NCBI GenBank assembly: GCA_964304625.1 | Contig: OZ199839.1 | Span: 6,414,690-6,478,689 of the forward strand | Direction: 5' to 3' | DNA: 64,000 bases | Source of the DNA: Kudoa neothunni | Taxonomy: Eukaryota > Animalia > Cnidaria | In this document: positions 1 to 13,900 of the stretch, in pieces | Layout of the letters: every line of letters begins with the position of its first letter | Position numbering within the stretch: the stretch's first letter is position 1 | Made by a program: the position numbers and the translations under genes | The notes under the pieces: generated by a model | Told to the model about the DNA's origin: nothing | The model's database searches: none | Seen by the model: the letters and a program-made list of their open reading frames with translations, nothing else

Positions 1-698
1 GAATAAAAAGTTAAAATTTTTGATGTTTATTTTTATTCATGAACTTTTTATAACTTTATTCCAATTTAATTACCATTAAAATATATTCACATTTAAAATA
101 CTTAGATTATACCGCTTGTGTAAAAAACTGATTTTTTTGTAATAAGAAATATTTTGTATTAATATTAATTTTTGGATTTAAATTTTATATTTATATATTG
201 GAAATAATTGATGAATGATTTTAAATTCAATAATTGGGAGACATACGTAAGTTTTTAGAATAAAATATTTAAATTAATACTTTCAATCATTATAATATAC
301 GACGCTTATTTCGCAATAATGCAGTTTGTTTTTAACGAGTAAGTTTTTAGTTTCTTGTAGAATTAATTTTATTTCATGTTACTCATGATTCTAAAAAAAT
401 TTAAAATTGAAATAAAATATATTTTATTTTGTAAAGGTTAGACCTATTTATCACAAAAAATTACGATGTCGGCACACATAATAAACATCAAAAACTGTAG
501 CTACTAATTATTGTATATTTTTTCTATAGTTCAATTGTAATAAATTTGAATTTTGTATTAAAGATATATTTTTTCTTTTTAGTTAGAATAAATTTATTTA
601 ATAATTATAATTATTGAAGAATTTACAACTTTACTTATCTAACAAAATAAATGACTAAACAATTTTTATATTTTAAAAAATTACAAATATATATTTAG

Positions 699-3600
699 CC
701 AACTGCACGTTCGTATCCGACAGTATTCATGAAACTATTTCTCAAAGCATCCTGATTTCTGTGGATAAGATATTTTCAAACACTAAAAATTTGGACGATG
801 GATCCATAGGTATGAGATAGATCCTACTAAATAATACTACTAATAATAATAATAATAACGTGAATGAATAATTTATATAGTTATATTTGTGAAAAATCTG
901 TGCCGAGTATCTCTTGACGAGATCAACGAGCCCAACAACTCAAGAACATACATGCTAAATAAGATTGTTGAGATAGCTCATTACAACATGGATCGTATAA
1001 GAATATCGTGGAGTAAAATATGGCGAATATTGCGAAAATATTTCAACTTGGTGGGATGTATCAAAAATGAGGATATAGCTTCGTTTTGTATTGTTTCTTT
1101 GAGACAGTTGGCTTTAAAGTTTTTGGAGAAAGAGGAGTTGGAGAATTTTCACTTCCAGAAGGAGTTTTTGAAGCCATTTGAGGATATTTTCTCAAGGAAC
1201 AGCTCAAAAACAATCAAAGAATTGATACTCAAGTCAGTAGAACAGATTATCAAGGTTCAATTTCATAGGATAAGATCTGGATGGACAAGGTTGTTGAGTG
1301 TTTTGGCTCAGGCAGCTCAAGAACCAGATATTGAAATAGTGCGGAAAGCGTTCTCTATCGTTTGTGAAATCATTAAAAATGTGAGCGATTTGGTCAATGT
1401 TAACATCAGAGACACAATAGTTTGCACTTTGGTGGTATTTGCTACACCCACCACTCCACCTACAAACAAGTATCTACTACCTCAAAGGACTGAGAGTCTT
1501 GAGGATCAGGTAGAAAATGGTAGCTATGTTGATTCACCTGAATTAAAAAAACCCTGCGATCCCCAAACATCCTTGAGCGAAAGGTTCAAGTTTAACAACA
1601 ACGAATTTGAGGAAGTATTAAAATTGCCAAACGAACTAATATGTGCTGGGGAAAATGAACCAACTCAACACGATAAAATCAAACTGGCTTTCGCCAACGC
1701 ATCATCCTTTGAAGCCCAGATACAGCCAATAAAAGGAGCATTCAAATGCGATTCTCCCCTCTCATCTATAGTACGAGCTAGCTTTTCTAGAAATCATTCG
1801 ATTGACAATCCATCGTCACTGCTAAAGCAATATTCTTCTGATTCGACTGTGTGCAGTAGACGGACGTCTGTGGTAGAAATGTCAAATATTACAGGGGTCA
1901 CTGAAGATTATTTTTATATACAACGTGAAAAAATTGCTCATGAAGTGTTTGTTATGGTAAAACTTTATGTCCATCAGGTGTTGGTAAAGATGTCAGATTT
2001 TTCCAACCCAGCTGAGCATCAAAAAAATCCTTGGGTTACTAGTTGGGTGGTTCTACTGAATAGAATGGCATTTCTCGTTCAGAATGGACGTGGCAATATT
2101 GGAAACATGGCGCTTCGTACATTGAATTCTATTCTAAATGATTATGGCGCTCTATTCACGCCAGAATTGTGGCAAGACGTTATAAACATCTACCTCAATA
2201 TATTCACCATTTGTAAATGTTCAAATAGAGATCTATCAAATGGAAAAGTAAATGTTTATAAATTTTATCCATCTCATCTTTTATATTATAATAGAAATTG
2301 GAATGGTTGAATAAGGTTAGTCAGTGTGCTTTCGAGGGTTTGACCGGCATCATACTGTCTCATACATTAGTGTTCAATAAGGAGACTATTGTCACCTTTT
2401 TTGACTTTTTATGCTACTGGATTCGTGATGTTGGTATGTAGTCAAAAAATTATACAATAGTTAATATCATTTTTAGAGCTTGAAACTTTATCCATTTCAT
2501 CCTTTAGTTGTGTTCGAATATTGCTGAAGGAATTATTCGGTAAAATCGATATGTCTACATATGTGGAGTTGTTCACATCCTATATGGACGCTGCAAACAT
2601 CACTTTTCCCCATAATTTCGTACCTTACTCTTCGAAATATTTGAATGAATCATGTCGAACATTTTGCGACCATGTGGGTGTGGAATATGTGCAAATGCTG
2701 CATTTGGATCAGTTGGAAAATCATCCCAAAGCATTGTATGAATTAACGGATAATGAATCTACTTTGTTGAATGATAAAGTTATTATTGTTTTTAACGTAC
2801 AGTTTTGCATATTTTTCTCAGGAAAATCGAACCAAATTAGCGTCCACCCCTATCTCAATTATGGATTATGCCAGTTTTACGAATGACAACCTCGTTTCTG
2901 GTTACCCTTCGATTTTAAAAGAAAAATGTATAGTTATGTTCTAATCGTAGAGATTTTTTTATGCGTTTTAGTGTCATTAAAAAATTCCAAAGTTCGACGT
3001 ATTTATAACGAGATAAACAAATGCCAGATTCAGGTTGAATATATGCTTTCACTGACGTCAATTTTGTCGTTTTTTGATGTGAGCTTTTTTGTTGCTTCAT
3101 TTTCATTGAATCACAAATAAATTGTAGGAAACGTGTGCTGATATTAAAAAAGATTTTTTCAATGATGTGGATGAAATTACTGTCAATAAATGGTTTGCAA
3201 AGATTCATTCGATTTATTCGTGTTTGAAAGCATTCAATGATGATTATTCGTTGAGAGAGTCCGTCTTTAAAAATATCGTCTCAATCTCAACTGTACTCGA
3301 AGGTAACTTGTTTCTTGAGAGTGATCAAATGAATATGATCGTTTTCGAAAATAGAATCTTACGCCGCCAGCCAACACACACAAATTCCTGGGGTTCATGT
3401 TCAACAATCCACGGTTGCTGGCTGTTTACTTAAATACGCTCAGGCTATTCTTTTTCATAACATCACCAAGAGTGGATGCTTTTCTGAAAACTCGTCAACT
3501 TTTGAATTTATTGTGAGGTAGGTTTATTTAGTGTTGACTGAGTTGTAGTTGTTTTAGTGTATATCAAGAAATTGCTTCGGATTTCTGTGCGGCTGAAACC

Positions 3601-3869
3601 AACTTCGATTTGTGGAATAGCACTTTATCGATTGAACTTGCTCATCTGATTTATTTGTCTACCAGCCATCCCCATCTAGTAATCATTCTTTTAGTATTTA
3701 TATTAATGATTAACTTGATGATAGTTTTAATAAAATGATTGTGCATCTTTATGCGAATCTCTGCACTCTCATTTCTTCACATGTCGATCAATCAAATAAA
3801 AATCTCCTATCCCAACTTTTCCAAATGTTCACACAGCATGTAACCCAAATCTTGTCCAGTGTAGACTAA
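699..3869 (+). CDS. ARFGEF: Brefeldin A-inhibited ARF guanine-nucleotide exchange factor (BIG1/BIG2, Sec7 family), C-terminal exons; 5' part lies upstream of the window
   Basis: Spliced reading (exons 699-809, 881-2247, 2295-2433, 2477 onward, last exon ending TAA 3867-3869) gives ETISQSILISVDKIFSNT..LCRVSLDEI..LNKIVEIAHYNMDRIRISWSKIW..SLRQLALKFLEKEELENFHFQKEFLKPF..IRSGW, the hallmark post-Sec7 HDS region of BIG-type GEFs. Internal 3' exon boundaries are only partly resolved. Confidence 0.93.
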
Positions 3870-4607
3870 ACGTTCGCAGCAGATGATTATTTTCGTAATT
3901 TTATGTCTTTAGCTAGTTGTTATTTGATATTTATTTTTTTATATTTCAATGGATTTTTTTATATTCCTTATGATATTGTTACGATTCAAAATAATAAATT
4001 TACAAAAATTATTATTTTATAATTAAACTGCTACTTATTTCGTATTTACAAAGTATGTAGTGTTTTAATAAAAATGGGGGAAAATTGATGAATTTGTGAA
4101 TGGAAAAGAGGATGCGCGTATTTCCATGATTATTTTTACCATTTAATTTTATTATAATTATAATTCTATTTTAATTAAAAATTTAAAAAAAATATATTTT
4201 TAATAAATTCTATCCTTATTTATCTCTCAATGGAATTTAGTGTTTGAAAAATCAATCTGACGTATCAATATCAATAGAAGGAAATAATTTAGTTTTCATA
4301 CTAACATAAAAACTACTTTCTTATCTACGCCAAGTGAAATACAGGTGTTCATACAAATTTTCATTTAATTTTTATTCAGGTGATTTTTTATATATTTTAT
4401 AAAGTATATTTTCACCATGATAAATGCCTAATTAACCTAATCTACACTTGGAGGCTCAATATGCTAAGGAATCCAAAATATATCGCCATACACAAACATT
4501 AACATAAAATGCCAAAATATATTCTATTAAATAACTAGTTCACGAGGCAAAAAATAATTCTAACATATGTGACTTTTTTATTCTGTTATATAAGTTGTCG
4601 ATTTCTG

Positions 4608-5077
4608 CTAACCACAAGTCATAGCAGCGCATATACCTTTACGATCTTGCTCTGGTTGTTTGGTGACTTTCTCGTAGTTTGGTTGACACTAGAGCAAAAT
4701 AATGGATCCACCACATAACCTAGTACTTACAATTTGAACGCCATTCACGTCTTTACATACCATTTTAATGATCAACTCTTCGTTGTCATTTTTTGTTGGC
4801 AATCCAACCATCTAAAAAACTTTAATTTATTTTCAGGGTAATTTGAAATCACATTGCAAATAACGCATCTGAAGTCATGCCATAAATTTTTTATTCCCTG
4901 AAAAAAAGTACCACCTCGACTGAATAAACCTCCATTTTTAGACTTTCCTGAGGACTTTCCTTTATTGCGTCGTGACTCAATAAAGCCATCTAAAAATAAT
5001 TTTTCGAATGATTAATGATCCGCATTACTGTAGTAGGCTAGAATCAACAAGAAGACCAAAAATAAGCCAAATTTCAT
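4608..5077 (-). CDS. Secreted saposin-like protein 1 (115 aa)
   Basis: Exons 5077-5029, 4989-4853, 4811-4731, 4688-4608, all GT-AG. Protein MKFGLFLVFLLILAYYNG..RRNKGKSSGKSK..CVICNMVGLPTKNDNEELIIKMVCKDVNGVQICQPNYEKVTKQPEQDRKGICAAMTCG*: signal peptide plus C-x2-C-x19-C-x8-C-x18-C-x4-C. Confidence 0.82.
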
Positions 5078-5961
5078 TTCGCTACTCTATTCAGTTAATG
5101 TAAAAGATAGATTAAGTTGATTATTTTCGATCGGCAATTACAAACAAAATAAAAAATCTCATTTAATAATCGAATTATATTTATTTGATTGGTTATATTT
5201 CCGTTGTTATGATTTGTTGGAGTTTCTCTATAATTCGTATTCAATATTTAGATTTTATTCTACCCAGCAGTCTCTTATACTAGACGTAATACTGCAGATT
5301 TCTGTAATTTCTAATTTATACTGTTTCAAAATAACCGCTAATGTTTTTAAATATTTTTATATATAACTTAATAAAATATATGATGATTTTTTGGATAATT
5401 TTATCCACTTAAGAAAAATTTTAATCAAAGAACAACAATTTTAGCAACAAATTCCTGATCTATCTATTCTAGATTAGTTATTAAAGAGTTCGGGCGTAAT
5501 ACACTGATAAATAACATTTACAATTAACAAACCCTAATACATGTTCTGATTTTTTAATTAATTTTTAACCAAGGTTTCTTAATTAAATAATTCTAAAAAA
5601 ATTAATCTTTTAAATATTAATAAATTTTTATTTAGAACTGAATTTGTTAAAGGTGTTTATTTAACTAATCAAAAAACTACGACCCATTTTAATAAATTCT
5701 CTGCACACATTCAGTTTGGATTCCTATGTATCATCAACCGTAAATATCTTTTAGACTTGATATTTTCTTTATTTGGATAACAACATAACAAATTTTATAC
5801 AATAATACAGCGTAATTTATAGAATTTAAAAATTCAATAAATTACGACCTAACACGAATTCAGCTAGAGATTATGTTTGAACTTATTGGTCATTGGAATT
5901 TGACCATTGATGGGCTCGTCTATTAAATTGGTTGTAGCGATTAGGCAAAACTACCACATTT

Positions 5962-5997
5962 GTATGTATGTATGTATGTATGAATAATAATAATAAT
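5962..5997. repeat. (TATG)n/(TAA)n microsatellite
   Basis: tgtatgtatgtatgtatgtatg followed by aataataataataat; a similar (TATG)n tract lies at about 39440-39460. Confidence 0.8.
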
Positions 5998-6046
5998 TCT
6001 CAAAGAAGAGTAAAAAGGGTTGAATTTTTATCATAAGGGTTATATG

Positions 6047-6647
6047 TAGAGACCGTAATTTTCACCGATTATTTTTAAAAAATTTGACGTTTATTTTTTT
6101 TTAACTTGCGCATGCGCAACATAAAACTTTATTATCAAGCTAATGTCAACGAAATAAACATGAATATAATTTTTTGTAAAATTCTCCCCTAGAACATAAT
6201 ATTTGAAGCATTCTCATTCGTTAAAACACTAGATTCACTATATAACCTTTGAGCAAATTCTTCCCACTATTGTAGGTGGTGGGGGTGTATGTATGCACCG
6301 AATCTTGGCCTACCCTAGACCATATAAAATATTTCGATTTATTTATTCTCTAAAATCCATGACCTATAATTTTATTATTTCTATGGAATGAGAGTTTCAA
6401 CAAATCTTGCTGTGAAATTTCTCGTTGATCGACGTTACCAAATTTCGATATATTTTTTAGATCAGTTTCCTCATTTTAATCTATTTATTCGATTATATAA
6501 TTGTCAATTTGTCTGCTTTTTCTGTTTACGATAAAACGAAAAATAATCGACGAATTATCTCGATTGTCGTTGAAAATGTATAATATTTTTTAAAAAATTC
6601 GACACTTTTTGACTTTTATCGATTTTAGTAGAAAATTACGACCTCTA
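6047..6647. mobile_element. Non-autonomous hAT-like element (MITE, about 600 bp)
   Basis: Termini TAGAGACCGTAATTTTC and GAAAATTACGACCTCTA are imperfect inverted repeats. Flanks gttatatg and gttatagt match at 6/8, like a decayed 8-bp target-site duplication (TSD). Confidence 0.65.
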
Positions 6648-6970
6648 GTTATAGTTATAATAGTAACGATTTTAGTTACAGTCATTGATTATTGAGAATC
6701 AAGTTTATTCTTATATGTGCGCTTACTAGCTTGAAAGGCAGGTAAAAAGTTTTAGGGAATCTGCCGAAATAAATTTCATTTTAAAATGTAATCAAAAGGT
6801 CGACTTTCAGTACGTGATTACAGTTATTTTTCTTGACCCGAACCCCTCTATTTCGTTATACGATTAATTTGTAAACCGTTATTAGAAAATTTTTCTATGA
6901 TAATATTAAAATTTCTGATTAATAATATTATACATAAAACAATGGTGTTTTTTATATTAGCTTTGTCTTA

Positions 6971-8189
6971 TTAACTTTCCGAGCGTCCCAAAATCGACCA
7001 TACACTCTCCTTCTTTTTAGGTCATTATGACCCAGATATTTTTTTTGCTACAATCGTGCAATAAAATATTTGATGATGTTTTATGGAGACAAAACTTAAA
7101 TCTAATCATTAACATTGGAGTAATGACTTGAAATAGGTTCTGCGATGTTGCACGAATAAAGCCGAAGACAATAAATTGTGTTTATAAATCATTATTTGAC
7201 TAATTTAAGTCGTATAACCATTCCTATTGATGAAATTTCAAATATTTAATAAAATTAGAGTAAGATATATTTTTGAGAGTTAAAAAAATCAATTGTCTAT
7301 AAAGAAAAATGAAGATTTTAATATATTTTTTTGAAAACTAATAATTGATTGATTTGGAGCATTTTAAGCAGGTAAGGTTCGAGTGGTTTTCACAATACAA
7401 TTGTCCCTCGGAACAGAATGTTTTTATTTTTTTGGCTCGAACATAATCAAACGGATAACATTTTTTTCTACTAGAACGAAGCTCGCTAGTTGCAATGTTT
7501 TGTTCAAATTATTTTATGTTAATGCGAATATAATTTTTAACTAGACCATCAGCTAATTGTTCTAAAAATATTAATCCGAGAAAATATTCTTGTAAACGTG
7601 AAATGTGTTAATTAAGCTAATATGAATCATTTTGTAGAAAACAGCTGTTGGTCATCGATTTGTGTATCCTTTTACGCTTGTTGTAGATATAATCCCGCTT
7701 TATGTATCTACACCATCCTTGTATTGATTATAATAGATTATAATTTCTGGTTTCCGCTATTCTAGGCTTTTCAATCGACCATTTATCTCCATTTTTATCA
7801 ACATTGCAATTTTCAGCAATTTCGTCGTCATATAAATCGGTTTCAGGTGTGAAATTAAGTTATGGAATTTCATCATAAATTTTACTGACCTTGGTATCAT
7901 TATTCGGCAATAAATCGTGGTCAAAATCGGTCATTTAATTTTTAGTTTTTATTTATGTTTATTTAACAAAATATCAATTTCAATTAGAGAAATTGTTTAA
8001 AAATATTTATTCCATAGTTTAGAAATGTATAGAAAAATTCAGTATCTTTAATTTAGAAAGAGCGAGAATTTTGGGGAAAAAAGACAAGGTTTTAAGTATA
8101 AATTTGACTTCTAAGTTGATTTAAAATACGACTGAATACAGTCTGGGGTCATATTGACATACTAACCCTAGAGACGCTCGGAAGGTTAA
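6971..8189. mobile_element. Non-autonomous piggyBac-like element, copy A
   Basis: TTAA-CTTTCCGAGCGTC ... GACGCTCGGAAGG-TTAA termini. The internal sequence recurs inverted at 35089-36066. Confidence 0.8.
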
Positions 8190-9190
8190 AGACAGATAAC
8201 AACTCACTTCGCGTGGTTTTAAGAAGCTCATTATAAACTATTAGAAAAATAAACAACTGCTTTGATAACTTTAGTTTTTTTATTGAACAAAGGTTTACGT
8301 TACAATTTGTGATAAATAAAAAAATAATTTATTTGATATTATGTGTCTGCGTGTGTGCCAAAATTTATCTAACAAATTTAAATTTCAGAATAATGGCTAT
8401 TTACGCGGTAAAGAATATTCGGATGGCACTAATGTTGTCTGTATTTAATTTTTTCTAACCCATAAGACCAAAACATCATGTCAAAAATAAATAAATAAAT
8501 AAATATGACAGATTCAAAAAATTAAATCTATATTCAACTTGCAATTAAGAGTTACTATATTTTAAAATTATCGCTGCACAAGCGTCGTATAAGTCATTTA
8601 GGATAAAAATTTATAGAACGAATAGCCCCGCCTAAATTATATGATAATAAAGTCAATCTAAGGTTTCAATAAACTCGCGCTATCCTGTGGACTCCTAAAC
8701 CGATCTTTTAAAATATAATATTCATTATCTGACAATAACGAGTAGAATTTTATATGGTCTAATTATATCACATTTATAAAAAATATAATTTTCTATAATT
8801 AAATTTCAATAGAAAATGTTATTTATATAATTCGTTTATGAGAAAATAACTACTCCATTTATTCCTCAAATATTAAACTATTAGATAATTTAGATTCATC
8901 CGAAGTTCAAAAATTATGCGTAAATAAAAAAATTATTAATCGTTATTGTGAGCTGATTAGATGAATGATTTAATAAGCATTAGGCGATGTAAGGAAGAAA
9001 ACTACCTCTATATATATATATATTACTAATATATATTAGAGTCCATAAATAACGCTTTGGCATAAATTATACTCTTTTCGAATGACAGAATCAAATAATT
9101 TTGAAAATTCGTTTATTGTTTAAATTGTTAATTTCCCGGCGATAATAAAGAGACTGTTACTGACTTTATGTTAATTATTCGCCATTAGTC

Positions 9191-9663
9191 TTAGGGACAT
9201 AAAAGTCTGGCACATCTTGACTCGCCAAGATCCACTTTTGTATTTAAAATGAAAGATTCAAAACCAGGGCTGCACTATTAAAAATTAATCAGGGTTTCAC
9301 AAAAATTTGTTACATAATACAAGCTATTCAACTGTCTGCAGGCTTCTTTAACCGATGTACCCGTAGGTAATCTTTTCGTTTCAAGACCAAGCTCCTAATC
9401 AGCATTCAAATAATTCAGAGAACCAATAATTTAACCTCGCATATTTTGCATTTTAGAAAATATATTTTGTCCGTTATGAATTGTAAGGTACCATTTGAAG
9501 TTTCTGATATTCGTTCCGGATAATAGCTAACCTCATCTTCCTGAATTTGTTCATATTTTTCAGAAATAACGTAACCTAATAAATCCTGTCAAATTATAAC
9601 CTAAGTATTATCACTTATGTAGGCGAACAATAAAGAAATCATCAAGATAAGCAAGAATCTCAT
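9191..9663 (-). CDS. Secreted saposin-like protein 2
   Basis: Exons 9663-9615, 9575-9436, 9394-9314, 9274-9191. MRFLLILMISLLFAYISY..CKICEELGLETKRLPTGTSVKEACRQLNSLYYCSPGFESFILNTKVDLGESRCARLLCP*, with the same intron positions and near-identical Cys spacing as gene 1. Confidence 0.82.
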
Positions 9664-10281
9664 AATTTATGTTTCAATTTTCTTTTAGGAATGAAGTAAT
9701 GCTTGTGATATTTGTCGGCTCTCCGAACCCTGGAATTATCTCTCAATAATGTATGATCTAACGTAATACATCTTTATTAAAAGAGCCTAATATAACTGTG
9801 TAAATATTGTAAGATAATTTGAGTTATCGCATCCAAATAAACTTTAATATTTAAATTAATGAAAAATTTTAAATATTGTTTCAATGTATACAAAAAAATT
9901 GAAACAATATAACTCATATACAAATAATATTAAATAATACCTATTATTAAAAGAACAAGCTACTGGAGCGTCAGGGATTTTTCGTGAACTAAATACTATC
10001 AAATACCTCAGTCAGATTATAAAAACTCCCATAGAAACGTCTTTAATAACTATATCTTTATTATTGCTGTGATTATATCCCATATTGTGTAAAGTCGGAA
10101 GTATGCAGTTAACCTTATGGCTATAATCTGGTGATTTATTCGAAAAAATTGAGTGGAACTATCTAAGTATAATAGGATAGATTAATAGTAGCAAGAGTTT
10201 TCTAATAAAAGTGAAATAGCAGCGGTAAGAGGGAATCCAAATGAAATATAGATTCATGTCGGATCCAGCAAGTTTAGGTGG

Positions 10282-10793
10282 TTAAGAACATGGTCCCAAT
10301 TTAACGCAAAATTTGGGGGGTGGAAAATCTGTCCAAAAAGCGGATTGTTCGGGATATGTAACAAGCACCCTACACTAAAAATGTTTTAGCTAAGTCTTTA
10401 ATAATTTTATAAATATACGTGATAACTTCCTTCCACCTTCGGACAAACTATAGTCTTCACGAAACCTGGAGGGAAAGTGGTGGATGACGACATCTTGGTT
10501 ATTAGATGCTACATTGAAAATTACAATCCAGAAGATAGTTTAACTTTTTACATAGCATATTCTGCAAATTCTTTCTTTCCAGTTGGTTGAAGCAGTAGGT
10601 TTGTTTGGGGTATTATCGTGTGTGCCATTAGGTTTAACTGTTGCGTTTAGTGAAAATCTTATTGGCGATATACCAGCAGAATTTAATCCATCTTACAAAA
10701 TAATCATAATTTTAAATTGAAATAATAAAATAAATCACTTATAATGAATATTTCTATCACTGAAATAAGTACAACTGCTTTATTGATCCTCAT
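10282..10793 (-). CDS. Secreted saposin-like protein 3
   Basis: Exons 10793-10739, 10691-10552, 10508-10419, 10374-10282. MRINKAVVLISVIEIFIING..CRICYHLITKMSSSTTFPPGFVKTIVCPKVEGSYHCRVLVTYPEQSAFWTDFPPPKFCVKLGPCS*, ending in the typical saposin P-x2-hydrophobic-C-x2-LG-x-C motif. Confidence 0.85.
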
Positions 10794-11526
10794 TACTTGT
10801 TGCGTGGCCAATTCCGCTTTGATGATAATACTCTGGAAATTGTTTATGCGGTAACTATTCAATTTTATTCTCCATAATGAATTGTGAAATTTAAATTTTA
10901 CTATTAGCCTTTGTTGTCCTAATATAAATTAAGATTTCAAGTTTTTAATATTTAAAAAAAATATATAATCAGTTTAATTATTAAATTAATATTATTCAGA
11001 TAATAATAATCGTGATAATTCTATTACATTTAAATACCGTTAAAAAATTTTATTCCATAATTTAATTTAACAATTAAATTATAGAATATATTTTAAAAAT
11101 ATTCACTCTTCACTTATCGTTGAATGATTTAAACAATTTTCGAATTATATTATTTATCAAACCTATGTGATTAAATAAAACACTCTATTAGTTTTAAATC
11201 TTTAAAGTAACTTTTTTCATGTTATTGATGTAACGCTAGATGATACTGTTTTGTTGATCTGCCTAATAATGGGGGAAATAAATTATTTGTATAAAGTGTT
11301 AAATTCCTTAATCTTATGGAATTAAATTTATTATAATGGCTTAAAATCACTAGAATATGACATTATACAATGTTTTAGTTGAACCAATATCGCTCAACAA
11401 ATATTTAGTCGTAACCAAACAAGTTTATTTAAATGGGGGTAATAGGAAAATAATAGATATACAAATTATTGACAAAATAGATTAATATTATAGTAGTTTA
11501 AATCTTAATTAGAACTTGTTGAGACA

Positions 11527-12097
11527 TTAGTAGTCATGTAGTTTTGAGATATCCCCCAGATCGTATTTTTTGTTCGTGTGGGCGCACAATCCCATCTCAG
11601 TGCATATGTTTTCTTGGATAAATTGTTTTGGAACATTGGTTATCATTTTTAGCATAGAACGCATAGTTGAGAATCCCTTCGATTTATGTTAGGTTTCAAC
11701 CAAACTCAACCAACATACAAAGCCTAATAAATTTTCTCCATATCCATCTGGGTTTATTTGGTTTTCAAACATTTTATCGACCTGTTTTCTGATGCTTTTC
11801 ATAGTGGAGCTTACGAATTTCTGAATGTCAGTTACATTAATATTAATGAGTGCTATGATAAATATACCACACACGCTTCACATTCATTTTGAGTTGTATT
11901 AAACATTTTCAGCCATTCCTTCGGGATAGGTTCATAATGCTGTTGGTTTTTGGCGTTTCTTCCATTAGACAAAAATTCGATGTGATTTTTGTGTGTTTCC
12001 GCTAAACTTAATTGTGCAATCAAGTCGTAGACAATAGATTTTAACTACAAAATGCCATTCCATTGACAATATTTATTAGTATCATCCAGATAAACAT
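11527..12097 (-). CDS. Secreted saposin-like protein 4 (4-Cys variant lacking C3/C4)
   Basis: Exons 12097-12046, 12001-11868, 11820-11719, 11676-11527. MFIWMILINIVNGMAFC..CEACVKFVSSTMKSIRKQVDKMFENQINPDGYGENLLGFGFSTMRSMLKMITNVPKQFIQENICTEMGLCAHTNKKYDLGDISKLHDY*. Confidence 0.75.
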
Positions 12098-13209
12098 CGT
12101 TTTTCAGTTCAACTCGCAAGTAGGCCATTAAAATTAATCGTATTATTCATGTCCGATGAATATTTATTTTTATATTTAAAATTATTTGGGGTTTACAAAC
12201 GAATTATTAATAGGATTAGGGTAAAAATATTTTCTGTAATCGAAAATTTAATTTTTATTAAATTAATGTATGACAAAATTATTCATTAGCAAAATGTTGA
12301 GATTTTCTATCAATCGAAACAGGCTAATTTGTCATACTATTAATTACTAATAGAGATATTAATAATTTCGAAATTAATGCTTTGCTCCTCGTAGAAAATA
12401 CCGTACCTTATAATAAGACTAAATATAACTTGGATTTGAAAGTAATTTATGATAATATTATTAAACGTTTAAGAATTTTATCATATTTTGATAATGCATA
12501 ACAGAACATAAAAACTTACCATTCGTATAAAAATTGTAAAAATAAGTTTCACATATTTTAATAATAACTTATACTATACAAAGATTATTTCATAAATAAA
12601 ATATTGATTGTAAGCTAAAAGACTTAAATTTATTAAATAATCTAATCAAAATAAATTCAATTCTAGTATCATTACCGCTAATCCATATCCAGGATTCCCC
12701 ATTAATAATTTAGTAGTTTCGTAGCTTACCGTATAATATGACTAATTATTCTTTTAACAATGGCTATTGAAACACTAGCGTATCAAGAGCAAGAGCTTGC
12801 CGGGACTGTCTATTGACACGACAATGAATTTCTCCAAAATTATTAATAATTCAAGTCTGTAATTTTATGAATTGTTTTAACATATTTTGAACTCCTAAAA
12901 TATCTATTTATGTTACAATCTTTTTTGATTGACTTTTCCATTAATATTGGAAAAACTGTTTAGTTTAAGGAAAATTAGAAAGTTAAAATTATTACACTTG
13001 TCTCATATAGACAATAATTAAGTTAATATTGATTAATAATAGTTTAAAGAAAAAAATTTGTAAAATTAAAGTAAAATATTTGCAGCGCAGGTACGGAAAA
13101 GGGCAAATAGAACCGATATTGATATATTTAAATAGGTCAAAAATTTGGCTCTTTTACACAACACAATTAGAAGAATTTCTACATAAGTTTAAATATAAAT
13201 CAAGCTGTC

Positions 13210-13900
13210 TTTATTAAGCGTGACTCAAACAAATTATCAAACCTAAAGCGTGTCCTCACCAAAAAAATCACCGAAAACATAAATTACTACTCTGTCAAAT
13301 ATGTTTGTCATTTTTGTGACCAGCATCGAGACAGGTCAAAGAGCATTCGAGAAAAACAAATCATGAAAGGCATCTGTCCTGTTCACATGTCACTAAGAGT
13401 AAGTTCAGACGGACAGACTTTCGAAGTAAAATCACTCACTTTTAGCCACAATAATTTAAAAACCCCAAAGGTTTTTAAATTATTTCATCCACAAGGAAAA
13501 TTGGATTGTAATGATCAAAGAGTATCGGAACTAGATTTTTTGTAGGAAAACAAAAAATTGATTCAATCCAAAATCCAACAAGAACCCAGTAAAATGATAA
13601 CATTGAAGTCTACGCTTAATTTCAAAATAATCTATCCACACAGAAGATTGATATGAACTTCCTTTATAAATTACTAAAGGAAGATTATAATTGTGATGTT
13701 AGCTCATTAATAGGTGAAACAAACCATGTTAGTGCAATTCTATTCGTGGTTGAAAAAATGAAGAATGTTTTTCCAGATCATCTATCAATTGACGCAACCT
13801 ACAAATTAGTTGATTCGCGATTATTTTTATTATTTTAAAATATTAAAGTTATCTATTCTAATTTTAGGGTTTCTGAAGACTCTATGGGTTTGACACACCT
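13210..13900 (+). pseudogene. Degenerate Mutator-like (MULE) transposase relic
   Basis: Broken frames encode YYSVKYVCH..CPVHMSLRVSSDGQTFEVKSLTFSHN (FAR1/WRKY-like Zn motif) and LSIDATYKL (MULE catalytic D-x-T-Y-K motif), with stops and frameshifts. Confidence 0.65.
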
